From Candidatus Latescibacterota bacterium (GTDB lineage Bacteria > Latescibacterota > UBA2968 > UBA8231): a stretch of 61,232 nucleotides of DNA. The translations under genes were made by a program, and so were the position numbers. This document shows, piece after piece, positions 8,610 to 17,019 of the stretch (its first letter is position 1; the number at the start of each line of letters is the position of its first letter). The stretch is taken from assembly GCA_029941315.1 (NCBI GenBank), contig JAPYQE010000007.1:1-61232 (forward strand). The letters run 5' to 3'. The notes beneath the pieces are model-generated. The model was not told the origin of the DNA. It was given only the letters and a program-made list of their open reading frames with translations, and made no database searches.

Positions 8610-9181
8610 AATAGGTCCACCTCGTTTTTGAGGATGGTCGCCAGTTGTTTCATACCGCGCGAAAGCCGGGAGAGCACCGTGCCCTCCGCAATCTCTAACA
8701 GTGCGGCCGTCTCTTTAGTCGAATAACCGTCGAGCATGCGCAACACCACCACCGCCCTAAAATCAGGTTTGAGCCGGGCCAGCGCCGCGTGCACCGCCGC
8801 GCTGCGTGCCTCCTCCACCTGTTCGTCTCGACCGTCAACACTCGATTCAGGCGGGGCTTTTTCCTCGTCGTCCCGGCTCCAAAATCGCCAGCGTTGTTTT
8901 TGTCGACGCTTAATCGCGTTGAGAGAGAGGTTCATCGCGATACGCGTCAGATACGTACCCAGCGCTGCATCGCCACGAAACTTGGCCAGCGCTCTGTAAA
9001 AGCGCACAAAAGTCTCCTGACCCACATCATCGGCCTCATCGCCCAGTCCCAACATACCCACAACAGTCGCAGCGACCTGGGGCTCGTAGCGTTCGACTAG
9101 GACGCGAAACGCCGTCTCGTCTCCTGCGCGCGCCCGGTCGATAAGCGCTGTATCTGTCGACTCTCGTTCCGACATAACCAT
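8606..9181 (-). CDS. ECF-type RNA polymerase sigma-70 family factor
   Basis: Region 2 (RAGDETAFRVLVERYEPQV .. DVGQETFVRFY) and region 4 HTH (YSTKETAALLEIAEGTVLSRLSRGMKQL). Confidence 0.9.
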   Translation of the reverse strand: MVMSERESTDTALIDRARAGDETAFRVLVERYEPQVAATVVGMLGLGDEADDVGQETFVRFYRALAKFRGDAALGTYLTRIAMNLSLNAIKRRQKQRWRFWSRDDEEKAPPESSVDGRDEQVEEARSAAVHAALARLKPDFRAVVVLRMLDGYSTKETAALLEIAEGTVLSRLSRGMKQLATILKNEVDLL

Positions 9182-9218
9182 TAGACAATGTACACAACTT
9201 ATTTATTCCATAAATAAC

Positions 9219-9247
9219 AAAAAAACCTGTAGACGGGTATCTACAGG
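9219..9247 (-). terminator. terminator-like hairpin plus U7 tract in the 5' leader of the ECF sigma operon
   Basis: The minus strand reads CCTGTAGA-TACCCG-TCTACAGG followed by TTTTTTT, about 38 nt upstream of the sigma start codon. Confidence 0.45.
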
Positions 9248-9392
9248 CCATTCTATCATCAATTGACGCGAAGCATTGATTTTAACGCGGCATTCACCAT
9301 TAACAAATGATCACAAAGAATATCTCTCAACAGTCCACCAGCATCCAGGACCACCCCTTGCACCCATCCCCCACAATATCTATCCTTCTCCC

Positions 9393-9947
9393 ATGCACAA
9401 AATCATCCCAATCATCCTGCTCCTCGCCCTACTCAGCTGCCGCGCCGACCGTCCTAAAGCCCTCGATTTAGACGGCTACCCCGTCGACCCTTTCACAAGC
9501 GACGCCCAGGCTACGGTCTTGCTCTTCGTACAGACCGATTGCCCGATCTCCAACCGCTACGCGCCGACCATCGCCGCGCTGCACGAACGCTTCGCGCCGC
9601 AAGGTGCCGAGTTCTGGCTGGTCTACCCAGATCCCAACGAAACTCCCGCCGTCATCCGCCATCACCGCGAAGAATACGGCCTGCCGGGCCAAGTTGCACG
9701 CGACACGCAACACGTGCTCGCCCGCCGCGTGGGGGCGAGCATCACCCCAGAAACCGTGGTCCTCGGCCCGCACGGCAATGTCCTGTACCGCGGCCGTATC
9801 GACGACCGCTACACCGCCCTCGACAAGGCGCGTCCGCAAGCCAGCAAACAAGATCTCGCCGACGCACTCACCGCTGCACTTGCCGGCCAAAGCCCGGACC
9901 CCAGCGTCACTCGAGCGATCGGCTGTTTTATCTCCGACTTGCAATGA
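9393..9947 (+). CDS. thioredoxin-fold (redoxin/TlpA-like) lipoprotein with a single Cys (CPIS) at the CxxC position
   Basis: Start moved to ATG at 9393 (MHKIIPIILLLALLSC lipobox). VLLFVQTDCPISNRYAP sits at the active-site position. The stop overlaps the next start (ATGA at 9944-9947). Confidence 0.65.
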   Translation: MHKIIPIILLLALLSCRADRPKALDLDGYPVDPFTSDAQATVLLFVQTDCPISNRYAPTIAALHERFAPQGAEFWLVYPDPNETPAVIRHHREEYGLPGQVARDTQHVLARRVGASITPETVVLGPHGNVLYRGRIDDRYTALDKARPQASKQDLADALTAALAGQSPDPSVTRAIGCFISDLQ

Positions 9948-11632
9948 AGAAAATTGCCGTCCGCCCGTTCCTAGCCCTTATTGCCGTCTGCTTCGGCTGC
10001 AACGCGGACGAGCGCCGAGAGCAGACGACCTTCAATCGCGATATCGCCCCCATAGTTTTCGAGCACTGCGCCGCTTGTCACCGCCCAGAAGGCTCGGCGC
10101 CTTTCAACCTGCTCGACTATGCCGATGTTATCGCCCGCGCCGAGCAAATCGCCTTCGTCACGCAGTCCCGCTATATGCCACCGTGGAAACCCAAACGCGG
10201 CTACGGCCACTTCGTCGGCGAGCGCGGATTGACCGATGAACAAATCAAGACGATCCAACGCTGGATCGACGAAGGCGAGCAAGAAGGCGCGGCAGCCGAC
10301 CTGCCGCCGCGACCGCAATGGGAAAGCGATTGGGAGCTCGGCCCACCCGACCTCGTCGCACCGATGCCCGTCGCCTATACCTTGAACGCGGACGGGCCGG
10401 ATGTCTTCCGCAATTTCGTAATTCCACTGCCCGTCGACGAAACGCGCTATATCAAGGCGGTCGAATTCAAACCCGAAAACGCCCGCATCGTGCACCACGC
10501 CACCATGATGGTCGACCGATCCGGCGCGGCCAGGCGCAAAGACGAACTCGACGACGAACCGGGTTTCGAGGGTATGAGCTTCGGTGAAGCCCAGGACGCC
10601 GACGGGCACTTTCTCGGTTGGACCCAGGGCAAAACCCCCTATGCCGGCAGCGACAGCCTAGCCTGGCGTTTGGAGCCGGACACCGACTTACTACTGCAAC
10701 TGCACATGCTGCCCACAGGCAAAGCCGAAGCCATCAAATCTCGCGTCGGGCTATTCTTCGCCGACGGCCCACCGAAACGGCGACCGGCCATGCTGCGCCT
10801 GGGACGCAAGGATATCGACATTCCGGCCGGCGCGAGCGATTACCGCATCCGCGACACCTACAAACTGCCCGTCGATGTCGAAGTGCTGACCATCTACCCA
10901 CACGCCCACTACCTCGGCGCGGAGACCAAGGCCTACGCCGAACTGCCCGACGGCCGCGAACAAGGGTTGATCTGGATTGAGGATTGGGATTTCAACTGGC
11001 AGGACGATTACCGCTTCCAGGAACCCGTCTTTCTGCCCGCCGGCACTACGCTGGTCATGGAATACAGCTACGACAACTCCGCGAAAAACGCCCGCAACCC
11101 ACACGACCCGCCACTGCGGGTGCGCTACGGGTTGCACTCGGCCGACGAGATGGGCGATCTGACCCTCCAGGTTCTACCTCGACGGGCCGCAGACCTGCCC
11201 CAGCTCAAACGGGACTTCTATCGCAAATGGATGTTACAGGAAATCGACGGCTATAAGATGTTGATCGCTGCCGACCCGGCCGACTGGGACACGCACCACA
11301 CGCTGGCGATGTTCTATTTGGGGTCGAACCAGCCTGCGCTGGCGTTCACAGAATTCGAATTGGCGCTCGAACACAACCCCGATTATGTCGAGGCGCGGGT
11401 CAACTACGGCATCGCGCTGGCGCAGGACAAAAAATTGGAGCGCGCCGTCAACCACCTCAAAGAAGCCCTGCGGCGTCAACCCGGTTTTGTGCAAGCCCAT
11501 TTCAATTTGGGCATTGCCTTGCACATGTTAGGGCGAAGCGAAGAAGCGCAACCACACCTCGATGAAGTCATCCGCCAACGGCCGGCGATGGCCGAGGGCA
11601 TCGAACGGCGATTGCAGCAGTTGCGTCGCTGA
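9944..11632 (+). CDS. secreted haem-c (CxxCH) / PHM-like copper monooxygenase-like / TPR fusion protein
   Basis: Start moved to MKKIAVRPFLALIAVCFGC. FEHCAACHRPEG..RYMPPWKP haem domain. IVHHATMMV .. QLHMLP .. YPHAHYLG .. SADEMGDL ligand-like pattern. Three C-terminal TPR-like repeats (..HNPDYVEARVNYGIALAQ..). Confidence 0.72.
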   Translation: MKKIAVRPFLALIAVCFGCNADERREQTTFNRDIAPIVFEHCAACHRPEGSAPFNLLDYADVIARAEQIAFVTQSRYMPPWKPKRGYGHFVGERGLTDEQIKTIQRWIDEGEQEGAAADLPPRPQWESDWELGPPDLVAPMPVAYTLNADGPDVFRNFVIPLPVDETRYIKAVEFKPENARIVHHATMMVDRSGAARRKDELDDEPGFEGMSFGEAQDADGHFLGWTQGKTPYAGSDSLAWRLEPDTDLLLQLHMLPTGKAEAIKSRVGLFFADGPPKRRPAMLRLGRKDIDIPAGASDYRIRDTYKLPVDVEVLTIYPHAHYLGAETKAYAELPDGREQGLIWIEDWDFNWQDDYRFQEPVFLPAGTTLVMEYSYDNSAKNARNPHDPPLRVRYGLHSADEMGDLTLQVLPRRAADLPQLKRDFYRKWMLQEIDGYKMLIAADPADWDTHHTLAMFYLGSNQPALAFTEFELALEHNPDYVEARVNYGIALAQDKKLERAVNHLKEALRRQPGFVQAHFNLGIALHMLGRSEEAQPHLDEVIRQRPAMAEGIERRLQQLRR

Positions 11633-11639
11633 GTGTCCT

Positions 11640-12539
11640 TCAGCTCCAGCCTATCGACGACGATACCCCCAGGATAAACTGCTGTCCAGCGGGATAATTG
11701 CGACCATTGAGCGAGATGCGCAGCGCGGCCTCTACCGCCGTGCGCTCATCTATGGCATAGAGCAAAACCGGCATCAGGAAGGCGATGCGCTTGATCTGCG
11801 AACGGTTGACGATCGAGCCGAACTCAATTGACGGATCGCTGCGCAGCAACTCGTATTTACCCATCAGCATCAGCTTGCGCGTGATATTGTAACCCAACTC
11901 GGCGTTGAGAAACCACTCGTCGCCCGGGTCGCGGTCGATCTCGTCGTTTTTTGTGCGCACCCGATAACCGACGTCTACATTGGCATAGAGCGGCAGCGGC
12001 CAAAAAGAGCGCCCCAACTGCGCGACGAAATCATAATCCCACTGTCCTTCGCCCACCGGGATCAGCCCGTCTTCGTTCTTAAATTCGCCGGTGGGCATTT
12101 TGACGCCAGTTTTAAGCGAAAAGAGAACGGGCTTGTCGACCAGGCGAAATTTGGCAAAAAGACGCATATCGCTCAGGCCCGCGTCCGCAACCGGGTCGCT
12201 GCGCGTCTCGTCGGCGAACGACTGGTCGAAATAGGGAATCTGCACCGCGACGTCAAAGCGGTCGCTCACCCCGTAAAAGCCTTCGGCGAACAACGCCTTA
12301 GATTCGTATTGGCCGTTGAAATTGTAATGGGCGCGCTGCCCCGTCGACACTACCTGGCCATCGATAAACTGTGGGCTGGCCACATACCACTCGTTGGTGG
12401 TCTGTTGGAAATAAGTCACCTTGCCCCACAATTTCTTCTGCGGCAGTGTCCAAGCCCCGGCACCCACCTCAACGACCAAGCACAACAACGCGCAACCCGC
12501 CAGCAAACTGCATTTCGCCATAACCGCACTCCTTCGCAT
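11640..12539 (-). CDS. putative outer-membrane beta-barrel protein (MetA-pathway/transporter-like)
   Basis: Signal peptide MRRSAVMAKCSLLAGCALLCLVV. Alternating hydrophobic strands with frequent aromatic girdle residues. The start choice (12539 or 12521) is uncertain. Confidence 0.5.
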   Translation of the reverse strand: MRRSAVMAKCSLLAGCALLCLVVEVGAGAWTLPQKKLWGKVTYFQQTTNEWYVASPQFIDGQVVSTGQRAHYNFNGQYESKALFAEGFYGVSDRFDVAVQIPYFDQSFADETRSDPVADAGLSDMRLFAKFRLVDKPVLFSLKTGVKMPTGEFKNEDGLIPVGEGQWDYDFVAQLGRSFWPLPLYANVDVGYRVRTKNDEIDRDPGDEWFLNAELGYNITRKLMLMGKYELLRSDPSIEFGSIVNRSQIKRIAFLMPVLLYAIDERTAVEAALRISLNGRNYPAGQQFILGVSSSIGWS

Positions 12540-12685
12540 TAAATTATCCGCTTTCTTAGATGAGCGCGGGCCCACACAGGTTTCGCCGTACCTGTGCTTG
12601 TCGCGATTGTATCGCCGCCGCATGGAGAGTATGTTATAAGACGGCCATACCCGCCGCCCATGATCACACCCGAAAGACCAACCCT

Positions 12686-13159
12686 ATGGTTATACAGGCT
12701 AAAGACATCATGCATACCGACGTCGAATGCGTCCGCACTGGAATGTCGGTCGGTCAATTGGCGGAATTCCTCCAGGACCGAGGTATCCGCGGCACCCCGG
12801 TCCTAAACACCGCAGGCCAGTTGGTGGGCGTAGTATCGGTCTCCGACATCGTCTTCAGTAGCAACACCTTCGGCGAAAACGATGTTTTGCTCGAATCGGA
12901 TTTCCAATCGACGGCCGAAAGCAACAAAGCACATGACTGGTCCAAATTCGACGCCGGCGACATCAATGATATACCGGTTGAAGAAATTATGTCCACCCTG
13001 CTCGTCAGCGCCGCGCCCGACGCGTCACTGGCCGAGTTGGCCGGCTTGATGCACGAGCGCCATATCCATCGGATCGTGATCGTCGAAGACGAAAAGCTCG
13101 CCGGTATCGTCACGACCTCGGATATTCTCAAGGCCGTCAAAGATGGCAAAGTCTCCTAA
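12686..13159 (+). CDS. CBS-domain pair protein
   Basis: Start moved to ATG at 12686. Two CBS-like units (DIMHTDVECV..GTPVLN..GQLVGVVSVSDI and EIMSTLLVSA..HRIVIVEDEKLAGIVTTSDILK). Confidence 0.8.
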   Translation: MVIQAKDIMHTDVECVRTGMSVGQLAEFLQDRGIRGTPVLNTAGQLVGVVSVSDIVFSSNTFGENDVLLESDFQSTAESNKAHDWSKFDAGDINDIPVEEIMSTLLVSAAPDASLAELAGLMHERHIHRIVIVEDEKLAGIVTTSDILKAVKDGKVS

Positions 13160-13207
13160 ACGCCGTGCCGCTACTGCGTTCGACTAATTTAGCCTACTTT
13201 TAATCCT

Positions 13208-14491
13208 GTGCGCATACTAACCCTGGGACTCAACCACCATACCGCGCCGGTCGAGATCCGCGAAAGGCTGGCCTTCCCCGAAGACGATCAGCCTTCGGCT
13301 CTCGCCCGCCTGATCCACGACTACGGACTGAGCGAAGCGGCCATCCTCTCGACCTGCAACCGCTCCGAGCTCTATCTCGCCGCCGACGGCGACGGCGGTC
13401 TCGACCAGGCCCGTCGTTTTCTTTTTGAAACCCAGGGCATCGACGTGCAGACCCTCGAATCCCACTTCTACCAGCTCAGCGACTCGGAGGCCGCCATTCA
13501 CCTCTTCCGCGTCGCCAGCGGCGTCGATTCGCTGGTCATCGGCGAGTCGCAGATCCTTTCCCAGGTGCGCCAGTCACTGGAGACGGCGCAGCAGAACGGC
13601 TCGGCGCGCTTGCTGCTCAACGAGCTCTTCCAACGCTCGCTACGCGTTGGCAAACGCGCGCGCGCCGAAACCGACATCGGCCGTGGCCGTCTCTCGATCA
13701 GCACCGCCGCCGTCGAGTTGGCCAGCCAAGTCTTCGAAAATTTGGCGCGCTGCCGTGCGCTACTCGTCGGTGCCGGCGAAATGGGCGAACTCACGGCCCA
13801 ATATCTAGTCGATGCGGGCGTCGAACGCCTGCTCGTCAGCAACCGCACACTCGCGCGCGCACAAGAGTTGGCCCGGCGCTTCGGCGGCGAGGCCGTCCCC
13901 TTCGAGACCTTGTCAGAGCATCTCGCCGGTTCCGATATCGTCATATCCTCAACCGCCGCCACCGACTATGTCATCGGCCCCAATGACCTGCGCCCCGCGA
14001 TGCGCGAACGCCGCGGCCGTCCTCTTTTCCTTATTGATATCGCCGTGCCGCGCGATATCGACCCCGCCGTGCGCGATATCGACAATATCTTCCTATTCGA
14101 CATCGACGACCTCGAACAAGTCATCGCCGCCAACCGCCAGGAGCGCGAGGGCGAGATCTGCCGAGTACAGGACATCATCGACGACGAACTCAAGCAGTTC
14201 CTGCATTGGTTCAACGCCCTAGGCACCGGCCCGTTGATCCGCGACTTGCGCCAGCGCGCCGCTGACCTACAGCAACAGGAACTCGCCCGTTGGACCGCCA
14301 AACTCGGCACGCTCTCCGCCGACAACCGGAAGCTGGTCGAGAGCGTCCTGCGCGGCTACGCCAACAAACTCCTGCACGAACCCCTGGTACAGATCCGCGA
14401 ATTCGCCAACGACGATGACGGCTATCTGCGCCTCGACACCGTGCGTCAGCTCTTCAACCTCGACGACAAGCCCGGGGAGGAAGAATCTTGA
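13208..14491 (+). CDS. hemA: glutamyl-tRNA reductase
   Basis: GTG start. LGLNHHTAPVEIRE, STCNRSELY (catalytic Cys) and the LLVGAGEMGE NADPH-binding motif. Confidence 0.93.
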   Translation: MRILTLGLNHHTAPVEIRERLAFPEDDQPSALARLIHDYGLSEAAILSTCNRSELYLAADGDGGLDQARRFLFETQGIDVQTLESHFYQLSDSEAAIHLFRVASGVDSLVIGESQILSQVRQSLETAQQNGSARLLLNELFQRSLRVGKRARAETDIGRGRLSISTAAVELASQVFENLARCRALLVGAGEMGELTAQYLVDAGVERLLVSNRTLARAQELARRFGGEAVPFETLSEHLAGSDIVISSTAATDYVIGPNDLRPAMRERRGRPLFLIDIAVPRDIDPAVRDIDNIFLFDIDDLEQVIAANRQEREGEICRVQDIIDDELKQFLHWFNALGTGPLIRDLRQRAADLQQQELARWTAKLGTLSADNRKLVESVLRGYANKLLHEPLVQIREFANDDDGYLRLDTVRQLFNLDDKPGEEES

Positions 14492-15339
14492 CCACCGCCT
14501 GCACCGTTACGCTCGGTATCGCCCTGGCGCTCTACCTCGCCGCCGCCCTGCTCTTCCAAGGGCAATTCCTGCTGCGCAAAAATGGCTGGGACGCACTCGG
14601 CCGCAAGAGTCTCGGCGTCGGGCTGGCCGTACACCTGATCGGCATGATTCTGCACTTGGGGCTCTCGCACCAGCCATTGCTCTCCAATATGCTGGTGGTT
14701 ATCTCCTGGTTGGTGATCGTCCTGGTAATCACCAGCCTGCTCGGCGAGCGCTACGCCCGCGTGCGCCATCTCGGGCTATTGTCCGCGCCGTTGGCCTTTC
14801 TCGGCCTGCTCTATCCGCTGCTTATGCCCATCCGCTTCGAAAAGGCCGAATCGATTCTGGTTCAGTATCCTTTTCTTGGCGTGCACGTGGTACTGACCGC
14901 ACTCGGCCATATCGGCTTCGCACTCTCCTTCTGCGCAGCGATCGCCTACCTGATCCAACACCAAGCACTAAAAAAAGGCCGACTCAACCGCTACCTGCCA
15001 CCCCTCGATACCGCCGCTGAAGGCACCTTCCGATTCGCCGGCGGAGGTTTTTCGCTCTTTACATTAGGTCTGGGAATGGGCGTGATCTGGCTCTTCGGCG
15101 CGCCGGGCGAACACCTCGCCGGAGAGGACATCAAAATCTGGTTGGCTATGCCGACCTGGCTAGTCTTCGCAGTGTATCTCTATTTACGCGGAATTAGCCA
15201 ACGGCACGGACGCCGTCTCAAATGGCTGGTGGTCGCAGGTTTCTTGCTCGGGCTGATCAACCTGGTCGGAGTACGCCACGACTTCGATGAAGAGGTGGGC
15301 TCGGCACAGCCTGTGGCAATAACGGATGAACTCGCCTAA
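14488..15339 (+). CDS. cytochrome c assembly family membrane protein (CcsA/HemX/YpjD-like)
   Basis: TTG start overlapping the hemA stop (TTGA). Polytopic membrane protein. The hemA-hemX-type gene order is well known. Confidence 0.75.
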   Translation: MTTACTVTLGIALALYLAAALLFQGQFLLRKNGWDALGRKSLGVGLAVHLIGMILHLGLSHQPLLSNMLVVISWLVIVLVITSLLGERYARVRHLGLLSAPLAFLGLLYPLLMPIRFEKAESILVQYPFLGVHVVLTALGHIGFALSFCAAIAYLIQHQALKKGRLNRYLPPLDTAAEGTFRFAGGGFSLFTLGLGMGVIWLFGAPGEHLAGEDIKIWLAMPTWLVFAVYLYLRGISQRHGRRLKWLVVAGFLLGLINLVGVRHDFDEEVGSAQPVAITDELA

Positions 15340-16559
15340 AACCCCAATTCACAAGACAACAACGGCGTCTCCATCTCCCCAGCCGTTAACCCCCCGTGGT
15401 TACCGTAGAATTTGTTTTCGTAATTGCCACCGCCCCACCACCACACACACTCTCCAGCATAGGGTAAAATCACCAAATCTCCTGCCCGTGCGATAAACTT
15501 CTCCGACACCGGTCCCAGCCCGAAATACCCTTCCGCCACCATCTCCGCCACTTTCCTGACCTCGGCGCGACCGGCCAGCCGCTCAGTAAAAAAAGCCTGC
15601 GCCTCGTCGAGCAGCCCCTCTTCGATATAGAGGAACATATCGCGCGGCGATCCGGCCGGTACCAGCAATGCACCTCGTTTGTTACGGCGCAACAAACGCT
15701 CGCATCCGGCGAACTCCGCATGCTCGTCGAGATAGATCGTCGTCTTGGGGTCCGTAGCCGTCATACCGTGGTCGGCAGTCACCAGCATTAGCGTATCGTC
15801 GTGTTTACCTGCAACCTGTTGCAGAAACAAACGATCCATAGTGGTTAAAAAAGCGTCGATCTCGGCATCGCACTGCGGCGAATCCGGGCCAAAATCATGA
15901 CCGGTCCCATCGATACCGTCAAAGTAAAGAAAGAAATAGGCCGGACCGCCAACCGCGTCGAGCGCGAGCCGCAAACTGGTTAGCGCCGCGGATAACGTGC
16001 GATAAAGATGCTGGTGTGCGCCGCGGAAGGTCCACTGCGAATAGGGGGACTTGAAATGCTCGGCGGGTTGGAAGATATGCGAGGCCACGCCGGCGGCGGC
16101 CAGTTGCTGGTAGATAGTCCCCGGCGGCAAAAGCTTCTCTGGTGGGACCTCTAACGAACCCCGCTCCCCCGAATCGCCCAACGCCCACAACAGGGGTTTG
16201 ATGATCTCATCGACCTCGGGTTCGTAGTACTGCCATTCGAAAACTCCGCTTTGCGCCGGCGGCAGCCCCGTCTGGATGCAGGTCACGTGCGCGGCAGTCG
16301 TCGAGGGAAATTGCGCAGTGATCTGCCGTGCGCTACCGCATTCGTCGATGTGGCGCAGGAAGGGATAACGCTCGCGGCGCGATTCGAAAAAGCGCCAAGC
16401 GAAAGCGTCGATAAAAAACAACACGACCTTCTCGTAGCGCCCTTCGATCAAACCGGTTTGACCCTGCCCAGTCAACAGCCGGCGGATCGTCTGCGGCAGA
16501 TCGGCGAAACAGCCCTCGCCATAACGCGGGCGCACAAAATCCGCAGGATTGGTCCGCAC
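15336..16559 (-). CDS. alkaline-phosphatase-superfamily protein (type I phosphodiesterase/nucleotide pyrophosphatase-like)
   Basis: FFIDAFAW, FPSTTAAHVT (nucleophile Thr region), DGTGHDFGP, VTADHGM and GNHGGLTAGEM. GTG start 1 nt after the stop of the receiver remnant. Confidence 0.75.
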   Translation of the reverse strand: MRTNPADFVRPRYGEGCFADLPQTIRRLLTGQGQTGLIEGRYEKVVLFFIDAFAWRFFESRRERYPFLRHIDECGSARQITAQFPSTTAAHVTCIQTGLPPAQSGVFEWQYYEPEVDEIIKPLLWALGDSGERGSLEVPPEKLLPPGTIYQQLAAAGVASHIFQPAEHFKSPYSQWTFRGAHQHLYRTLSAALTSLRLALDAVGGPAYFFLYFDGIDGTGHDFGPDSPQCDAEIDAFLTTMDRLFLQQVAGKHDDTLMLVTADHGMTATDPKTTIYLDEHAEFAGCERLLRRNKRGALLVPAGSPRDMFLYIEEGLLDEAQAFFTERLAGRAEVRKVAEMVAEGYFGLGPVSEKFIARAGDLVILPYAGECVWWWGGGNYENKFYGNHGGLTAGEMETPLLSCELGF

Positions 16560-16560
16560 G

Positions 16561-16937
16561 TTATGCTTTGCTCGGGGCAGCGCCTAGGTATTTGCCGAGG
16601 CGCTGCTTTAGCTCGGCCACCCGGATCGGCTTGCGCTCATAGTCGATAACCTGTAATCCCCAAGCTCGCTGCACCGAGTCGAGGTCTGAGTAAGCTGTCA
16701 CCAAAATCACGGGGATATTGTGCGTCTGCTCGTGCAGTTGCCGCAACACCTCTATCCCACCCAGTGGCCGGACCGAGACCTTTTCCATCACCTCAACGCC
16801 ATTTTCCGCCTCAACGGCGACATACCCCAAACCTCGCACACCTTGCGTACCGATGCGCGCAGCATCTCCAAGTCGTCAACGACGAGGACCTGTTTGCCCG
16901 TCGACGCATCGCCCATCGCGTCTTTTATATTTCTCAT
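16561..16937 (-). pseudogene. single-domain response-regulator receiver, frameshifted and lacking the phospho-acceptor segment
   Basis: ATG at 16937 gives MRNIKDAMGDASTGKQVLVVDDLEMLRASVRKV.., which stops at 16788. The rest (RGLGYVAVEAENG..PVILVTAY..KPIRVAEL) is in another frame from 16839. Between MEKV and GGIEVLRQL the expected DLVLLDxxMP strand is absent. Confidence 0.65.
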
Positions 16938-17019
16938 TTTAGGCCAGTTCCTTGTTGTAGCGTACTTAAAAAAGCACGAAATACACTATTTGGAGATAAG
17001 AGTGAGAAAATTCTATACG

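Noticed and set aside
9539-9943. 135-codon N-terminal extension of the haem/Cu-monooxygenase-like ORF
   Set aside because: The extension is Arg/Pro-rich and overlaps the redoxin gene in another frame. A proper signal peptide starts at Met 9944, with an ATGA overlap onto the upstream stop.
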